The notes beneath the pieces are model-generated. The model was given only the letters and a program-made list of their open reading frames with translations, was not told where the DNA came from and made no database searches. A program made the translations under genes and the position numbers. A stretch of 64,000 nucleotides of DNA from Deltaproteobacteria bacterium (GTDB lineage Bacteria; Myxococcota_A; Polyangia; Fen-1088), in assembly GCA_033763315.1 (NCBI GenBank), contig JANRKS010000027.1, positions 1 to 64,000 on the forward strand. Direction: 5' to 3'. Of this stretch, positions 39,601-51,343 are shown piece by piece (within the stretch, counting starts at the first letter, position 1; each line of letters starts with the position of its first letter).

Positions 39601-42434
39601 ACCTAGCGGTGGTTGCACGTACCAACAGCAGCGTGACCCTCAGCTTCACGGCCCCAGGTGATGATGGCAGCGTAGGCACGGCCTCTTCCTATGCGCTGCG
39701 GTTTAGCTCGCAGCCAATCACAGACTTGCTTTTCAACACGGCCACCACGGCCGCAGCGCCGGCGCCTGCGGTGGCGGGCTCACAACAAACGGTGACGATC
39801 AGCGGCTTGCAATCAACCACCACATACTATGTGGCGATCAAAGCCACGGATGAGCGCGGCAACGTGTCAGCATTGTCGAACGTATTGGCGGCTTCGACGG
39901 TGGATGAGATCCCACCCGCAACGATCACGAACCTCGTGGCCACGACGGGCAGCGGCACGGGCACAGTTGTGCTGACGTTCACGGCCCCGGGCGACGACGG
40001 CCCGCAAGGACGCGCCACATCGTATGAGATCAGACGCTCGGAGGCTCCCGTCAACGCGGCTAACTTCGGGAGTGCAACACTTGTATCAGGTGCGCCCTCG
40101 CCCAGCATCGCCGGCGCCAGCGAAACTGTCACAGTGTCGGGGCTCAGGGGCGAAACAATTTATCACTTTGCGGTGCGCACGATCGACGACGCCAACTTGA
40201 CTGGTGGCGTTTCAAATTCGGCGAGCGCCAGCACGCGCGCTGTGCCGCCCGCCGCCGTGGTGGATCTCAAGGCTGTGGCCTCCGCCGGCGCGGCCACGCT
40301 CACCTGGACCGCGCCGGGCGACGATGGCAACGAAGGACAAGCGACGTCCTACGATCTGCGCATCAGCACGCAAACGATCACGCAGCAGAACTTTGATCAG
40401 GCCACGACCGTCCCCGCGCCCGCCCCCGCCCTGGCCGGCAGCGTGCAATCCACAAAGCTCACGGGCCTGCTTGAATCCACAACATATTACTTCGCGCTCA
40501 AGACAAAAGACGACCTTGGCACCTGGAGCGGCATTTCCAACGTACCGCAAGTGACCACGCCGGACGTGACGGCGCCCAGCGCACCGCTGAATTTGCAAGT
40601 GCGCGCGCCCGATCCGCGCGACACCACCGTGCTTCCGATCAAGGGTGAGGCGAGCTCGATCTTGGGCCCCCCTTGGAACGTGACCTATGCGGTGGACGGC
40701 AACGAGATGACTTCGTGGGCCTCTGCGGGCAGTGCGGATGACGTGGCGCGTACGTTGACCGTGGAGCTTGAAGCCACCAAAGACATAGATCGGGTGCGCT
40801 TGCTGCCTGACACGTTCTATCCAGGCTTGTTCCCGCGCGATTTCACAATCGAGGTGAGCCAAGACAAGCAAACCTGGCAAACGGTGGCGATCGAAGAAGA
40901 ATTCTCCAGCAGCACGGCGTCGTGGTTAACGTGGGGTTTTGCACCAAAAACCGCGCGTTTCGTGCGGCTTTCAACCTATGCCACCAATATCAGCGACGGC
41001 CAGCACTACGCGCTCGTGGGTGATGTGCAGACGCAAGAGGCGGATTGGACGGACGGACGGGCGATGCTCACGTGGGTGGCCCCTGGTGATGATGGCGCCA
41101 AGGGCACCGCAACCAGCTACGAGATCTACTATGCCACCACGCCGTTCGATGCCTCGTCTTTGGCCAGCGCAAAACAAGTGGTGGGGCCGCCGAAACCCGG
41201 TGCCGTGGGATCGCTGCAGTCGATGACCGCCACCGGATTGCAAGGCGAAGCCACGTACTATTGGGCGGTGCGAGCGATCGATGAAGCGGGCAACGCAGGG
41301 CCGCTCTCGAACGTTGTGGCAAGCAAAACGAACAACGTGGCCCCCGGCATCGTGAGCAACCTAACGGCGAAGACGCTGAGCGCGAACCGCGTTTCGCTCA
41401 CCTGGACAGCCCCCGGCGACGACAACCTAACCGGCAAAGCCACAAGTTATGAATTCCGATACGCGACCTACGCGCTCGGCACCCAGAACTTCCCGTTGGC
41501 CACGCTTGCCACCGGCGCGCCGGTGCCCGCCAATCCGGGCACCAGCCAAACCTTCGAGATCGCCAACCTTCTGCCAGGCAAGGTGTATCGCTTTGCGATG
41601 GTCACGCGCGACGAAGCTGGCAACACGTCATACGTGTCGAACGTGGCCGTCACCACCACCACGCGCGCGGCCGACACCACGGCGCCTGATGTGATCACAG
41701 ATTTGCAAGTGCGCTTGCCGCAAGCCGCAGGCGAGCCACTGCCGGCCACCGCCTCGGCGTCATCAAGCGCCCAGGCGCCGCAATTTCCCGCCACCGCGCT
41801 AACCGATGGCGACACCAACACAGCGTGGGCCAGCGCTGCACGCACACAAGATCAACTTGAATGGGTGCGTTTGGATCTGGGCACGAGCAAAGCAATCGAT
41901 CACGTGTCGTTGTGGCCCGCAAGCACGCAGTCGGATCTCTTCCCGCGCGGCATCGACATCGCGGTCAGCAACAACGGCTTGTCGTGGCTGGTGGTGTCGA
42001 GCCTCAAAGGCATCGTGGCGGTGGCGGGGCAACCAGTGGTGGCCGCCTTCGCCAATCAAAGCGTGCGCTACATCGAGGTGCGCGCCACCTCGCTGGCCTC
42101 TTACAGCAACGGCCTTTACTACGGCGTGATCGCCGAAGCTGAAGTGACCAGCGCGCAGGAGCCGCCTGGCACCATCTACACGTCGTTCACGTCGCCTGCC
42201 GACGATGACGCCACGGGGCGGGCCGCAAGCTACGAAATGCGCATGAGCCCGTGCCCATGGAATTACCCCGCCGCCTGGCTGTTGACCACCAGCGCACCGC
42301 AAACCGCAGGCACGCCCGAGCGTTACCGGTTCACAAACATCAGTAAGGGCGAAAAATGCATCGCGGTTCGTAGCAAGGACGCCGCCGGCAACACGAGCGC
42401 CTGGTCGGCGCCCGCCGCCTTCACGATGCCTTAA
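33642..42434 (+). CDS. Giant S8 subtilase lipoprotein with about 16 FN3 and 5 discoidin (F5/8-like) modules
   Basis: Lipobox LSTAC; catalytic DTG, HGTH, GTSMATP; repeated LTWTAPGDDG...YxxRYS...NF units; five DGxxxT[AS]W modules. Confidence 0.93.
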   Translation: MKFGARGRSLGSAWIALILGLLSTACGDNRGPESVHRALPNRNVLQTSDGVQYQAHEVIVKPAAGLAATDLDPLLASMGASRSQEAVDPAWPYLKIQLPASMTADEAIVQLRAAGLVQSAERNFIIMPFANAVTPNDPRFGELWGLKKIQAPEAWSFGTGSATIVVGISDTGVDYNHPDLAANIWTNPGEIAGNGKDDDNNGYVDDVRGWDWLNNDNDPMDDHGHGTHVSGTIGAVGNEGVGVAGINWRVKLVPLRFLGSSGGTLWAGAQTILYAAKIKARVLNASWGCSGPSCYSSYLEDAIKQLNTAGGLFAAAAGNNYGNNNDSYPTYPANYDVANVLVVAATDSNDNLANFSNYGPTKVHIAAPGVSILSSLPGNKYAAWNGTSMATPHVAGVAALILSNQPNLTVAQLRDKILSTADKVSALTGKVSSGARLNAQKAVFADNVPSAVPANLKATPGVRNDVTVTFDAVADADVAAYRVFWGTTSLAYTEQRDLAIDQTQLYLSGLPAGKTHFFTVQAIDRAGNASAKAPEVSAGIVDATPPPQVIDLQANTIPGNPALVHVSTASGQFSSYWAASFAADGNIDTAWVSPGRFVPQEESIVVALESPYMIDRVELTPPPAYPQFFPIDFDIDVSPDGQDWTTVGGMRNAKVGAGQTLPIFFPGTFAAAVRVRVLTSRVHDSGLSYAGIAEIAVREMSSNPDGIELRFTAPGDDPGSGAATTYELRYSTSPITESNFSAATRVNTSQPAVSGLTEIVSVAGMAGESGYYFAVRAIDDGNNVSPLSNVAHTQPLTIPPGGINDLRQSDGGPTWVKLSWTAPGGDGALGRAANYEIRMSSEPITPGNFGAAPLLPNLPLPSVSGTTDNYVVENLQANVVYYVAARAFDAQGTVGPVSNVVTLRLETTPDTTPPAIIKELQVYPSQAQRKLSMVAESSSSSLSTSLIASRLVDGNIDTAWVATSEALDTPAWVVFDLGSTTALTRVRMNPGLTSSNLAAYPQAFEWQASADKQNWVALAQVQDYKGRLGEWDEWSFAPTSTRYLRLWISKRGVAGGVGPQYVWLGEVEAYALTPELEVDLTWLAPGDDDYVGTATRYDLRVGNGHITEATFASATPVTTGVPRQGGNIEVLHLPPLQREALQCFRLTATDNANNTSGLSNEACLQTPGIPPAPTSDLAASSVSRNAVTLTWTATGDDGLLGTASAYELRYSTQFITPDRWNLASAFAVDAPRAPGSKETATVTGLASNTTYYFAVKVVDDMGNRSLVSNVVSAQTLDGMTPAGVVDLSAKVVTSEQTAPAAATLLESTGAYSSQTKGDNVLDGDVNTAWISAARAAITEESLRVGFASAKAIGKVRLRAAPGYVDLFPVDFRVETRPDATSEWTPVISETGFTSAGDWEEWAIGRATALEVRLVVTKTKTWAGAYYTALGELEIYEDGGDSTRLQLTWTATGDDGTVGKATSYDVRRASSSITAASFTAATRLTGAPTPRTSGSLERMDATGLTPRTQHCFALTATDDVGLTSPISNSACATTPGLPPGTILDLSVGALSANSAVLSFTAPAQGSSAASRYDVRFSTARINSSNWDQATPATGLLAPKAPGAAESITISGLAGVTTYYFAARAVDADGVSGAPSNNAKGRTLDNIAPSAASGLVATTVTSAGGTIRVAFTAPGDNGPVGQALRYDVRVSPTDINASNFANATPVAAPTPKAGGQTEAFDISGLGAEQLYFVALRAVDAAGNVSDLSNTASARTRDEAPSAISDLTFTGGSGTQNAYLVLQWTAPGDDGSLGTATAYEIRYSTTAITASTFAQATLAAAPPLPSISGSKQTYTLTGLQPGTKYYAAMRAVDDRGVVSAMSNVASFSLPDEWAPDAITDLVAQTGISRGTVKLTWTAPGDDGRTGKATKYELRYSSSPLTTANFAAGTLLTVPTPSAGGTVSTTTLGGLPDETQLYFAMRAQDDGGNWSGVSNSAAARTPDVAPAAIANLAVVARTNSSVTLSFTAPGDDGSVGTASSYALRFSSQPITDLLFNTATTAAAPAPAVAGSQQTVTISGLQSTTTYYVAIKATDERGNVSALSNVLAASTVDEIPPATITNLVATTGSGTGTVVLTFTAPGDDGPQGRATSYEIRRSEAPVNAANFGSATLVSGAPSPSIAGASETVTVSGLRGETIYHFAVRTIDDANLTGGVSNSASASTRAVPPAAVVDLKAVASAGAATLTWTAPGDDGNEGQATSYDLRISTQTITQQNFDQATTVPAPAPALAGSVQSTKLTGLLESTTYYFALKTKDDLGTWSGISNVPQVTTPDVTAPSAPLNLQVRAPDPRDTTVLPIKGEASSILGPPWNVTYAVDGNEMTSWASAGSADDVARTLTVELEATKDIDRVRLLPDTFYPGLFPRDFTIEVSQDKQTWQTVAIEEEFSSSTASWLTWGFAPKTARFVRLSTYATNISDGQHYALVGDVQTQEADWTDGRAMLTWVAPGDDGAKGTATSYEIYYATTPFDASSLASAKQVVGPPKPGAVGSLQSMTATGLQGEATYYWAVRAIDEAGNAGPLSNVVASKTNNVAPGIVSNLTAKTLSANRVSLTWTAPGDDNLTGKATSYEFRYATYALGTQNFPLATLATGAPVPANPGTSQTFEIANLLPGKVYRFAMVTRDEAGNTSYVSNVAVTTTTRAADTTAPDVITDLQVRLPQAAGEPLPATASASSSAQAPQFPATALTDGDTNTAWASAARTQDQLEWVRLDLGTSKAIDHVSLWPASTQSDLFPRGIDIAVSNNGLSWLVVSSLKGIVAVAGQPVVAAFANQSVRYIEVRATSLASYSNGLYYGVIAEAEVTSAQEPPGTIYTSFTSPADDDATGRAASYEMRMSPCPWNYPAAWLLTTSAPQTAGTPERYRFTNISKGEKCIAVRSKDAAGNTSAWSAPAAFTMP

Positions 42435-43342
42435 GCGCGCACCAGCGTTCCCACGCCCTTTTCGGTAAACAGCTCCACCACCACGCTGTGCGGGGCGCGG
42501 CCATCCACAACATGCACTTCCTGTACGCCACCTTCAAGCGCCGTGAGGATCGCTTGCGCTTTGACCTGCATGCCGCCCTTCACGTTCGATCCCTCTTGCA
42601 GTTTCTTGCGCAACTCATCCGCGCTGATCTCCGTGATCAGCTGCCGGTTTTCATCCAAGATGCCCGCCACGTCAGTTAAGAAAATCAGCTTCTTGGCCTT
42701 GGTGGCCACAGCGATCGCGGCGGCCGCCACGTCCGCGTTGATGTTGTAGCTAGCGCCATCGTTGCCCAAGCCCACAGGCGATACCACGGGCAGGTACTTG
42801 CGATCCGCAAACATCTCTAAAATGTCGGCGTTCACCTGTTCGATTTCGCCGACGAAACCCAAGTCGCGCTTGCCCGGCGCCGTGGCCATCTTGCGGGCCT
42901 GCAGAAGTTTGGCGTCTTTGCCTGAAAGCCCCACGGCCGTGGCGCCCAAGGTGTTTAGCAACCCGACGATTTCTGTGTTCACGCGGCCCGTAAGCACCAT
43001 TTCAACGATGCGCACATCTTCTTCACCGGTGATGCGCTGGCCCTCGAAGAACTCGGTGGTTTGCCCCATTTTATCAAGCGTGCGCGTGATCTCAGGCCCA
43101 CCACCGTGAACGATGATGGGACGCAAGCCGGCCGCCTGTAGCAACACCATATCTTGCGCGAAGCTGCGTTTAAGCTGTGGATCGATCATCGCGGCGCCGC
43201 CGTATTTGATCACGGCGCGCGTGCCCGAGAATTTTTGAATGTAGCGAAGCGCTTCAACCACAAGGGTGCGCTTTTCCGCCAGCGAGTCGCCGGTTTCTTT
43301 GCCCGCAAGCACTTCGCTGAAATTCAAATTCGGTGTGGTCAT
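42431..43342 (-). CDS. argB: Acetylglutamate kinase
   Basis: VIKYGGAAM, VHGGGP, YNINAD, GGMQVK. Confidence 0.96.
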   Translation of the reverse strand: MTTPNLNFSEVLAGKETGDSLAEKRTLVVEALRYIQKFSGTRAVIKYGGAAMIDPQLKRSFAQDMVLLQAAGLRPIIVHGGGPEITRTLDKMGQTTEFFEGQRITGEEDVRIVEMVLTGRVNTEIVGLLNTLGATAVGLSGKDAKLLQARKMATAPGKRDLGFVGEIEQVNADILEMFADRKYLPVVSPVGLGNDGASYNINADVAAAAIAVATKAKKLIFLTDVAGILDENRQLITEISADELRKKLQEGSNVKGGMQVKAQAILTALEGGVQEVHVVDGRAPHSVVVELFTEKGVGTLVRA

Positions 43343-44406
43343 GGCTGGTGTCCCATCAGATCATCAAGGGCCAAAGTTTCGGGCAAACCAAACATCAGGT
43401 TTGCATTCTGCAGCGCCTGGCCGGCAGCGCCTTTGACAAGGTTATCGATCGCACCAAACGCCACCACCACTTTGCGTTCCACATCCGCGCGCACACCCAT
43501 CACCACACGGTTGGTGCCCACCACGGAATGCAATGTCACGGCTTCCGCATCCACGACGCGCAAAAACGGCTGATCCTTCGCAAAACTTTGCAAGGCGGCT
43601 TCCGCAGCTTTGCTTGCATCGGCGCCCACGCCATCGGCGAGCCGCCCGTAAGCGGTTGCCAAAATCCCGCGCCGCACGGGCAATAGATGCGCGGTGAAGG
43701 TCAGCTTGATGTCAGGCACGCCGCCCAACGCCAAAATGTTTTCGATCTCAGGCGTGTGCTGGTGCTTGAGCACGCGGTAAGCGCGAAAATCATCGGCCAC
43801 CTCTGAGAACGACATCGCTTCGGTGCCCTTGCGCCCCGCGCCCGTGGTGCCACTTTTGGCGTCCACAATGAGGCCTTCACACTCGATGATTCCAGCGCGC
43901 AGCAATGGCAACAGCGGCAGTGACGACGCCGTGGGATAGCACCCAGGGTTCGAAACCAACTTTGCCGAACGCAAAGCTTGGGCGGTGTTCGTCACCTCGG
44001 GCAACGAATACACAGCTTGTGCCAGCAGCGCCGCTTGGTGATGCTCAAAGCCATACCACCGGGGGTAAGCGCTGGCCGGCAAGCGGAAGGCGCCTGACAG
44101 ATCCACCACGCGCGCGCCCGCAGCCAAAATTTTTGGTGCGAGCTCGATCGACACTTCCGGCGGCGTGCACAAAAACACCACCTGCACATCACCAAACCGG
44201 CCTTGCCCCTCTTCCTGGGTCACACACAGCAAGCCGTCAAGCCGCGCGCCCACAGGGCTCATGCTGCCCAGCGTTTTGCCCGCCCAACGATCGGTGGTGG
44301 CCCATTGCACCACGAACTGCGGGTGGCGCGACAGCAGGCGTGCCAGTTCCACTCCGGAATAGCCCGAAACCCCGACGATGCCTGCTGTGATCTGCGCGTT
44401 GGCCAT
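43339..44406 (-). CDS. argC: N-acetyl-gamma-glutamyl-phosphate reductase
   Basis: GVSGYSG, NPGCYPT, SGTTGAG, HQHTPEI, DNLVKGAAGQA. Confidence 0.96.
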   Translation of the reverse strand: MANAQITAGIVGVSGYSGVELARLLSRHPQFVVQWATTDRWAGKTLGSMSPVGARLDGLLCVTQEEGQGRFGDVQVVFLCTPPEVSIELAPKILAAGARVVDLSGAFRLPASAYPRWYGFEHHQAALLAQAVYSLPEVTNTAQALRSAKLVSNPGCYPTASSLPLLPLLRAGIIECEGLIVDAKSGTTGAGRKGTEAMSFSEVADDFRAYRVLKHQHTPEIENILALGGVPDIKLTFTAHLLPVRRGILATAYGRLADGVGADASKAAEAALQSFAKDQPFLRVVDAEAVTLHSVVGTNRVVMGVRADVERKVVVAFGAIDNLVKGAAGQALQNANLMFGLPETLALDDLMGHQP

Positions 44407-44536
44407 AGCGCGCGTTATCTAACAGGCTGCGGCCCTGTTGCAACAAAACCCCCGCGCCAGATCGTCTCGTGGCGGCGAATGACACCCCGCAAGATGGTCT
44501 CAGGCGCGTCCCCCGCTCGTCTTGAGCGGGCAGACG

Positions 44537-46384
44537 TCATGGCACCACGTCGTAGATGTCGCAGGGATCTTCAGGGCAAGCCACGCGATGGCGCAACTTT
44601 GCGCCCAACGCTGCAACCACACGTGCGGCAGGTGGCTTGCGCCCCAGCAAAACACCACGCACACGGTTTTCACGCAACCACGCGACCGGATCGGCCGGGG
44701 GGTTGGTGACATCCAGATGCACCACGCGGGTGCGGCCGTCGCGTCGCCACAACAAGCCTGGCGCTTCAACGGAATTGTCGTACGCCAACGCTTCGCCCGG
44801 CCGCAGGGGCGCTTTGAGCGCGTGCCACAGCAACGGCGCCCCATCGATGCTGACCGCGCGCAAACGTTGATCGAAAGAAGCGTTCACCAGCGACAGCAGC
44901 GGCGTGCCATCGTTGCCTGTGAAGGCCGGCAGCGCGCGCACCACCCCCACCAGCGCCGCAACAGACAGAACGCCCACCGCCGCCGTACGCACACGCTCCC
45001 CTGCCCGCTCAATTAACAACGCCGCCGCCACCAACAAAGCGGCGGGCACAGCCAACGAAAAACGCGGCCACTGCGCCATCGGCAACGCCGCGGTGGCACA
45101 CACCACCAACGCGGGCCCCATCAGGGCGCGGGCCGCTGGTTTAGCCCACCGGGGGCGTCGCCACAGCAGCACGATCGCGACCACCGGCAGCACCACCATC
45201 AACAACTGCACCAACGGCCCAAAGCCACCCAAGCGCATGTCGTAAAGGTAATGGCGCGGCTCTGCCAACAACGACACCACAAATCGCAGCGGCGCCGGCA
45301 ACGCCGCCACACTTGGATCCAGGCCTTGCACATACATGGGGCCCACAGGATCTTGGCCCGCAAACCGCAAAGGCCCCAGCACAACTTCCACGGGCCACAC
45401 GGGGTTGCCGTAACGAAGCAGGTTGCGTGCATACGCCCCGCAGCCGCAACAAGCCCCCACACAAGCCACAAGCACAAGCTTTGGTTGGTGCGCGCGAACC
45501 GCACGCACAAGATACACACCACCGCAGACCGCTGCCGGCACCAAGGCCACCGCTTTGCAGGCCAACAACAGGGCCAAAGCCACTCCCGCAAGCACGGCAC
45601 GGCGTAAGTCCAGCGCGCCGGTCACAAAGTACGCGGCACACAAAAGCCAGCACGCAAAGTACACGTCCACGTAGTTCGTGGGGATTTGCAGCGCCACCGC
45701 CGGCACCGTCAACCACAAGCTTGCGCATACGAACGCCAGCGGGGCGCGCACGCCCGCACGCCGCGCGAAAGCAAACGTCACAGCCGCCGCGCCCAAGGCG
45801 CCCGGAAGCTGGGCCAAATCAAGCCACGTATCATCACGCAGCAGCAGGCGCGCGAACGCAAACAACCGCTCACCCCCGCGCGGATACACGTTTATGTAGG
45901 GGATATGCGTGGGCACCTCCCGAAATTGGCGCATGTCCATCGCGTCGTACAACAACGGCAAGTGGTAGCCCAACGAATCCCAAGACCACACTTCAAGGCA
46001 ACCCGCCGCCACCACCACCAGCAGCATCGTGATCACCGCGGGCGCCAACGCCACGGCGGCCATGGGCGAGCGAAACGTGGTGACCACACCAATCATGTAC
46101 AAGCGAGCGTCTTGCCATGCGCGATTGCGTGCGGCCGCTCCCGCGACGGCGCCCACCACCACGGGCACGACGCTGCCGAGCAGCACCATCGGCAAAGGCG
46201 AAAGCCGCCGCGCGGTTGACAGCGCCGTGACCTCAGCGATGGCCAGGGCGGCTCCAAACATCACCGTCGCACACAACCGGTCACCGCGGTCGCTCGCCTG
46301 TGGGAGCAGACGCGCGGACAGCACCATCGCGCTCACGACTTGCAAGGCCGACAAAACGGTTGGGAGAATCAGTTGGTGCAGCAC
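44537..46384 (-). CDS. Polytopic membrane protein, GT-C glycosyltransferase-like
   Basis: WDSLGYHLP, NYVD, RNLLRYGNPVWP motifs, many TM helices; start uncertain (frame open to 46597). Confidence 0.75.
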   Translation of the reverse strand: MLHQLILPTVLSALQVVSAMVLSARLLPQASDRGDRLCATVMFGAALAIAEVTALSTARRLSPLPMVLLGSVVPVVVGAVAGAAARNRAWQDARLYMIGVVTTFRSPMAAVALAPAVITMLLVVVAAGCLEVWSWDSLGYHLPLLYDAMDMRQFREVPTHIPYINVYPRGGERLFAFARLLLRDDTWLDLAQLPGALGAAAVTFAFARRAGVRAPLAFVCASLWLTVPAVALQIPTNYVDVYFACWLLCAAYFVTGALDLRRAVLAGVALALLLACKAVALVPAAVCGGVYLVRAVRAHQPKLVLVACVGACCGCGAYARNLLRYGNPVWPVEVVLGPLRFAGQDPVGPMYVQGLDPSVAALPAPLRFVVSLLAEPRHYLYDMRLGGFGPLVQLLMVVLPVVAIVLLWRRPRWAKPAARALMGPALVVCATAALPMAQWPRFSLAVPAALLVAAALLIERAGERVRTAAVGVLSVAALVGVVRALPAFTGNDGTPLLSLVNASFDQRLRAVSIDGAPLLWHALKAPLRPGEALAYDNSVEAPGLLWRRDGRTRVVHLDVTNPPADPVAWLRENRVRGVLLGRKPPAARVVAALGAKLRHRVACPEDPCDIYDVVP

Positions 46385-46634
46385 TGGAATGAGACACGCG
46401 CAGCTTACACGCAACCGCGCGCCAGGCCATCCGCGCACCCGGCACCGTGAACTCCCGAGCCGCGCCGAGGGGGGCCGCCTGTGGAACACTTTGGGTCCGG
46501 CGAGGGCATCATGCCGGAACTGCCTGCGTAACCGATCCTCGTGCCATTGGGGCTCAGGTCCACAAAGCAGCCCCGCCCAAGGACTGCCGTTCCTCAATTG
46601 CTTCTGGGGCGTCGGCGCTGTTGCCTACGCCCTG

Positions 46635-49600
46635 ATGCTCAAGACTGACGGCAAGCGGGACGTCTCGGTTTGGCAAAACGGTGCACGCGGCCGTTCGGCC
46701 CGGGGCGCCCTGATGGTTGTCGGCACGTTGGCAGGTTTGCTGCTTGCCGGGCCAGGGCACGCGGCAGGCCCCCTTGACTTCAAGACGGCGATCGAACCCA
46801 TCTTCGAGGCGCGTTGTTGGAGCTGCCACGGAGCGGATGCACAACGCGGGGGTATGCGCCTCGACGTGCGCAGCCAGGCTCTTTACGACGATGGCGTCAT
46901 CGTGCCCGGCAAGCCCGAAGCCAGTTCGCTTTTCCGTTTGCTCGTGGCCGAGGATCCCTTGGATCGTATGCCGCGAGAAGCGCCGGCGTTACCCGCTGAT
47001 GAAATTGAACGCATCAAACGGTGGATTGAGCAGGGCGCCCCTTGGCCCACGGACGCGGCGCGCACGCCCTCGGCGAAAATGCATTGGGCCTACGTGCCCC
47101 CCACCCTGCCACCGCTGCCGAAGGTCCGACGCGCTGGATGGATTCAAACGCCCATCGATGCCTTCGTTTTGGCGCGCCTCGAGCAGGCTCACCTTTCGCC
47201 TTCACGCCCGGCCGATCGAGAGACGCTCATTCGCCGCGTGACGCTGGACCTCATCGGCCTTCCACCGTCGCTTGCCGAGATCGATGCCTTCTTGAAAGAT
47301 CGCACGGCGAACGCGTTTGAGCGCGTGGTCGACCGTTTGCTGGCGTCACCTCACTATGGCGAGCGCTGGGCACGCCCTTGGCTTGACCTGGCCCGCTACG
47401 CCGACTCGAACGGATACGAAAAAGACAGGCTTCGCTCGATCTGGATGTACCGCGATTGGGTTGTGGCCAGCATGAACGCCAACCTGCCCTTCGATCAATT
47501 CACGATTGAGCAGATCGCCGGCGATCTGTTGCCGGGCGCCACCGTGCAGCAGCAGATCGCCACTGGCTTTCACGCCAATACGCTGCTCAACGAAGAAGGA
47601 GGCGTGGATCCTCTCGAAGCGCGCTTTGAAGTGATGGTGGATCGCGTGAGCACCACCGCAGCCGTGTGGCTGGGCTCAACCCTGGGATGCGCCCAGTGTC
47701 ACAACCACAAATTCGATCCGTTCTCGGCGCGCGATTTTTTCCGCTTCATGGCGTTCTTCGACAACACGCAAACCATCACCACGGGTGACTTCGCGGGCAA
47801 TGGACGTCCCATGGGAGATCCGAAATTGCTCGTGCCCAATGAAGCGCAGGCCCGTGAGCTGGCGCGGCTTGAACGTCAAATGGAAGACGTGCGCACGCGG
47901 CTTCGACAAGACACACCACAGCTTACGGCTGAGCGGCAACGTTGGATGCAGACCACGAAGGACTGGGCCAGCGCGTGGCATGTGCTTGAGCAGGTTGAGG
48001 GGCGCTCGTCGCGCGGCACGCGCTTCACCAAACGCGCCGATCACGCGCTGCTTGCCACGGGCAACGTCGCACAAACCGATCGTTATCAAATCACTGCCAC
48101 AAGCTTGTGGGATGGCCCAGTTCACGGTTTGAAATTGGAGGTGTTGCCGGATCCGTCCTTGCCTCAGCATGGCCCAGGCCGCGCGCCAAACGGATCATTC
48201 ATGATTTCTCGGCTCCGCGTGTTTGCGGCGCCTCGAAAGCAACCCCAAGCTTGGCAGCCTGTCCCGCTTGACGAGCCTGTGGATTCCGTGGGCAACAAGA
48301 CGTCTTTGGCCCGCGACATGCTTGATGACGATCCGCAAACGGGTTGGTCAATCGGCACGGACATGGGCAAGGCCAATCTGGCAGCCGTTCGTTTTGTTGC
48401 GCCGGTGTCCCATGCGGGCGGCAGCGTCTTTCGCATCGAAATTGAGCAAGAGAGCATTCATCCCGAACACCTGCTCGGCTGTTTTCGTCTTTCGATCAGC
48501 ACCAAACGCGAGGCGATCGACTTTCTCAAGTTGGCCGCCCCCGTGCGCGCCTACTTTGATCAGCAGCCCGGTCAGCCCGTGCCACCAGTGGTTGTGGAAC
48601 ATCACCGGGAGATGGCCACCACGCTTCGACCTTTGCGCGAGCGTTTGGCCGCGCTCGAGAAGGAGGTCGACTCGCTCAATGTGCCAAGCACGTTGGTGAT
48701 TCGAGAAAGCCCAGGCACGGCCACGCCGCGGACGCGTTTCCGCGAAAAGGGCGCCTACACCAGCCCGGGCGATTGGGTGGAGGCAGCCACGCCCGCTATT
48801 CTGCCGCCTCTGCCTTCGGGCGTACGTGCCGATCGCTTGGCGCTTGCCAGGTGGCTCGTCTCGCGACAGAACCCGCTGACGGCGCGTGTGGCGGTGAATC
48901 GCGCCTGGGAAACCTTCTTTGGCCGCGGCCTGGTTGAAACCGCGGAGGACTTTGGCACGCAGGGAGCGGCGCCTTCGCATCCAGAGTTGCTCGACTGGCT
49001 CGCTGTCACTTTCATGGACGGCGGTTGGGACCAAAAGGCGATGCACAAGCTAATTGTGATGTCGGCGACGTATCAGCAAAGCTCCGTTGCCACGCCCACG
49101 CTGTTGAAAAAGGATCCGGCGAATGTGTTGCTCGCGCGCAGCCCCCGCTTTCGCGTGGAAGCTGAGATGTTGCGAGACATCTCGCTTGCCGTCAGTGGCC
49201 ATCTTTCGATCAAGCGCGGGGGGCCGAGCGTGTTTCCGCCCCAACCCGACGGTGTTTGGGAGATCCCCTACAACGACAATCCAGACGCGCCCCGCTGGGC
49301 AACCGCCGCGGGCCCCGATCGTTTCCGCCGAGGCCTGTACACGTTCTTGAGGCGCTCGGCCACTTACCCCTTGTTGACGACTTTCGATGGCAGCAGCCGT
49401 CAAACGTGCACCGTGCGTCGCATCCGCACGAACACGCCTCTGCAGGCATTGAACCTGCTTAACGACAAGGCCTTCCTTGAGCTGGCCCGGGGCTTGTCAG
49501 AACGCATGGCCGCCGAGGGTGGCCCGAGCCTTACACAGCGTTTGGCGCATGGGTTTCGACTCGCGACCGGCCACCACGCGCGACCGCGCGAGCTTCGAGA

Positions 49601-49792
49601 GCTTCTTCGCCTGTACCACGCAGAACGTGCTCGCTTCGTCACGGTGGGAGGCGCCCAGGCGTTGCTGCTTGACACGCAAGCGGGATCGCATGGCCCCACC
49701 TCAGCGGCTGCGGTGGGGTCGATTGAAGATCAAGCGGCCCTCCTATTGATCGCCAACGTTTTGCTTAACCTCGACGCCACCTTGAGCAAGGA

Positions 49793-49796
<4 letters not shown>
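46635..49796 (+). CDS. Planctomycete-type cytochrome c protein (PSCyt1/DUF1549/DUF1553-PSD1)
   Basis: CWSCH and [11 protein letters not shown] heme motifs, [41 protein letters not shown]; start moved from 46029 to ATG 46635. Confidence 0.92.
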
Positions 49797-51226
<1,430 letters not shown>

Positions 51227-51282
51227 GCCCTTGGTGACTTAAAGGATCGTGATACGTCGCCCGCATTCGATCTCGAAATGGC

Positions 51283-51322
51283 GCTCCAGGGCCCCCGGTC
51301 GATGTCGCCGGGGGCCCCGAGC
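51283..51322. terminator. GC-rich hairpin between convergent genes
   Basis: GGGCCCCCGG (51289-51298) / CCGGGGGCCC (51308-51317) with an outer GCTC/GAGC pair. Confidence 0.65.
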
Positions 51323-51343
51323 CCTTTGTGTGGCAATCCGCGC

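Noticed and set aside
42431-42434. Shared TTAA stop of the convergent subtilase and argB genes
   Set aside because: Real but a common compact overlap; no further signal.
46029-46634. 200-aa N-terminal extension of the PSD1 cytochrome ORF
   Set aside because: Overlaps the opposite-strand membrane protein gene. A signal peptide and the family sequence begin only after 46635.
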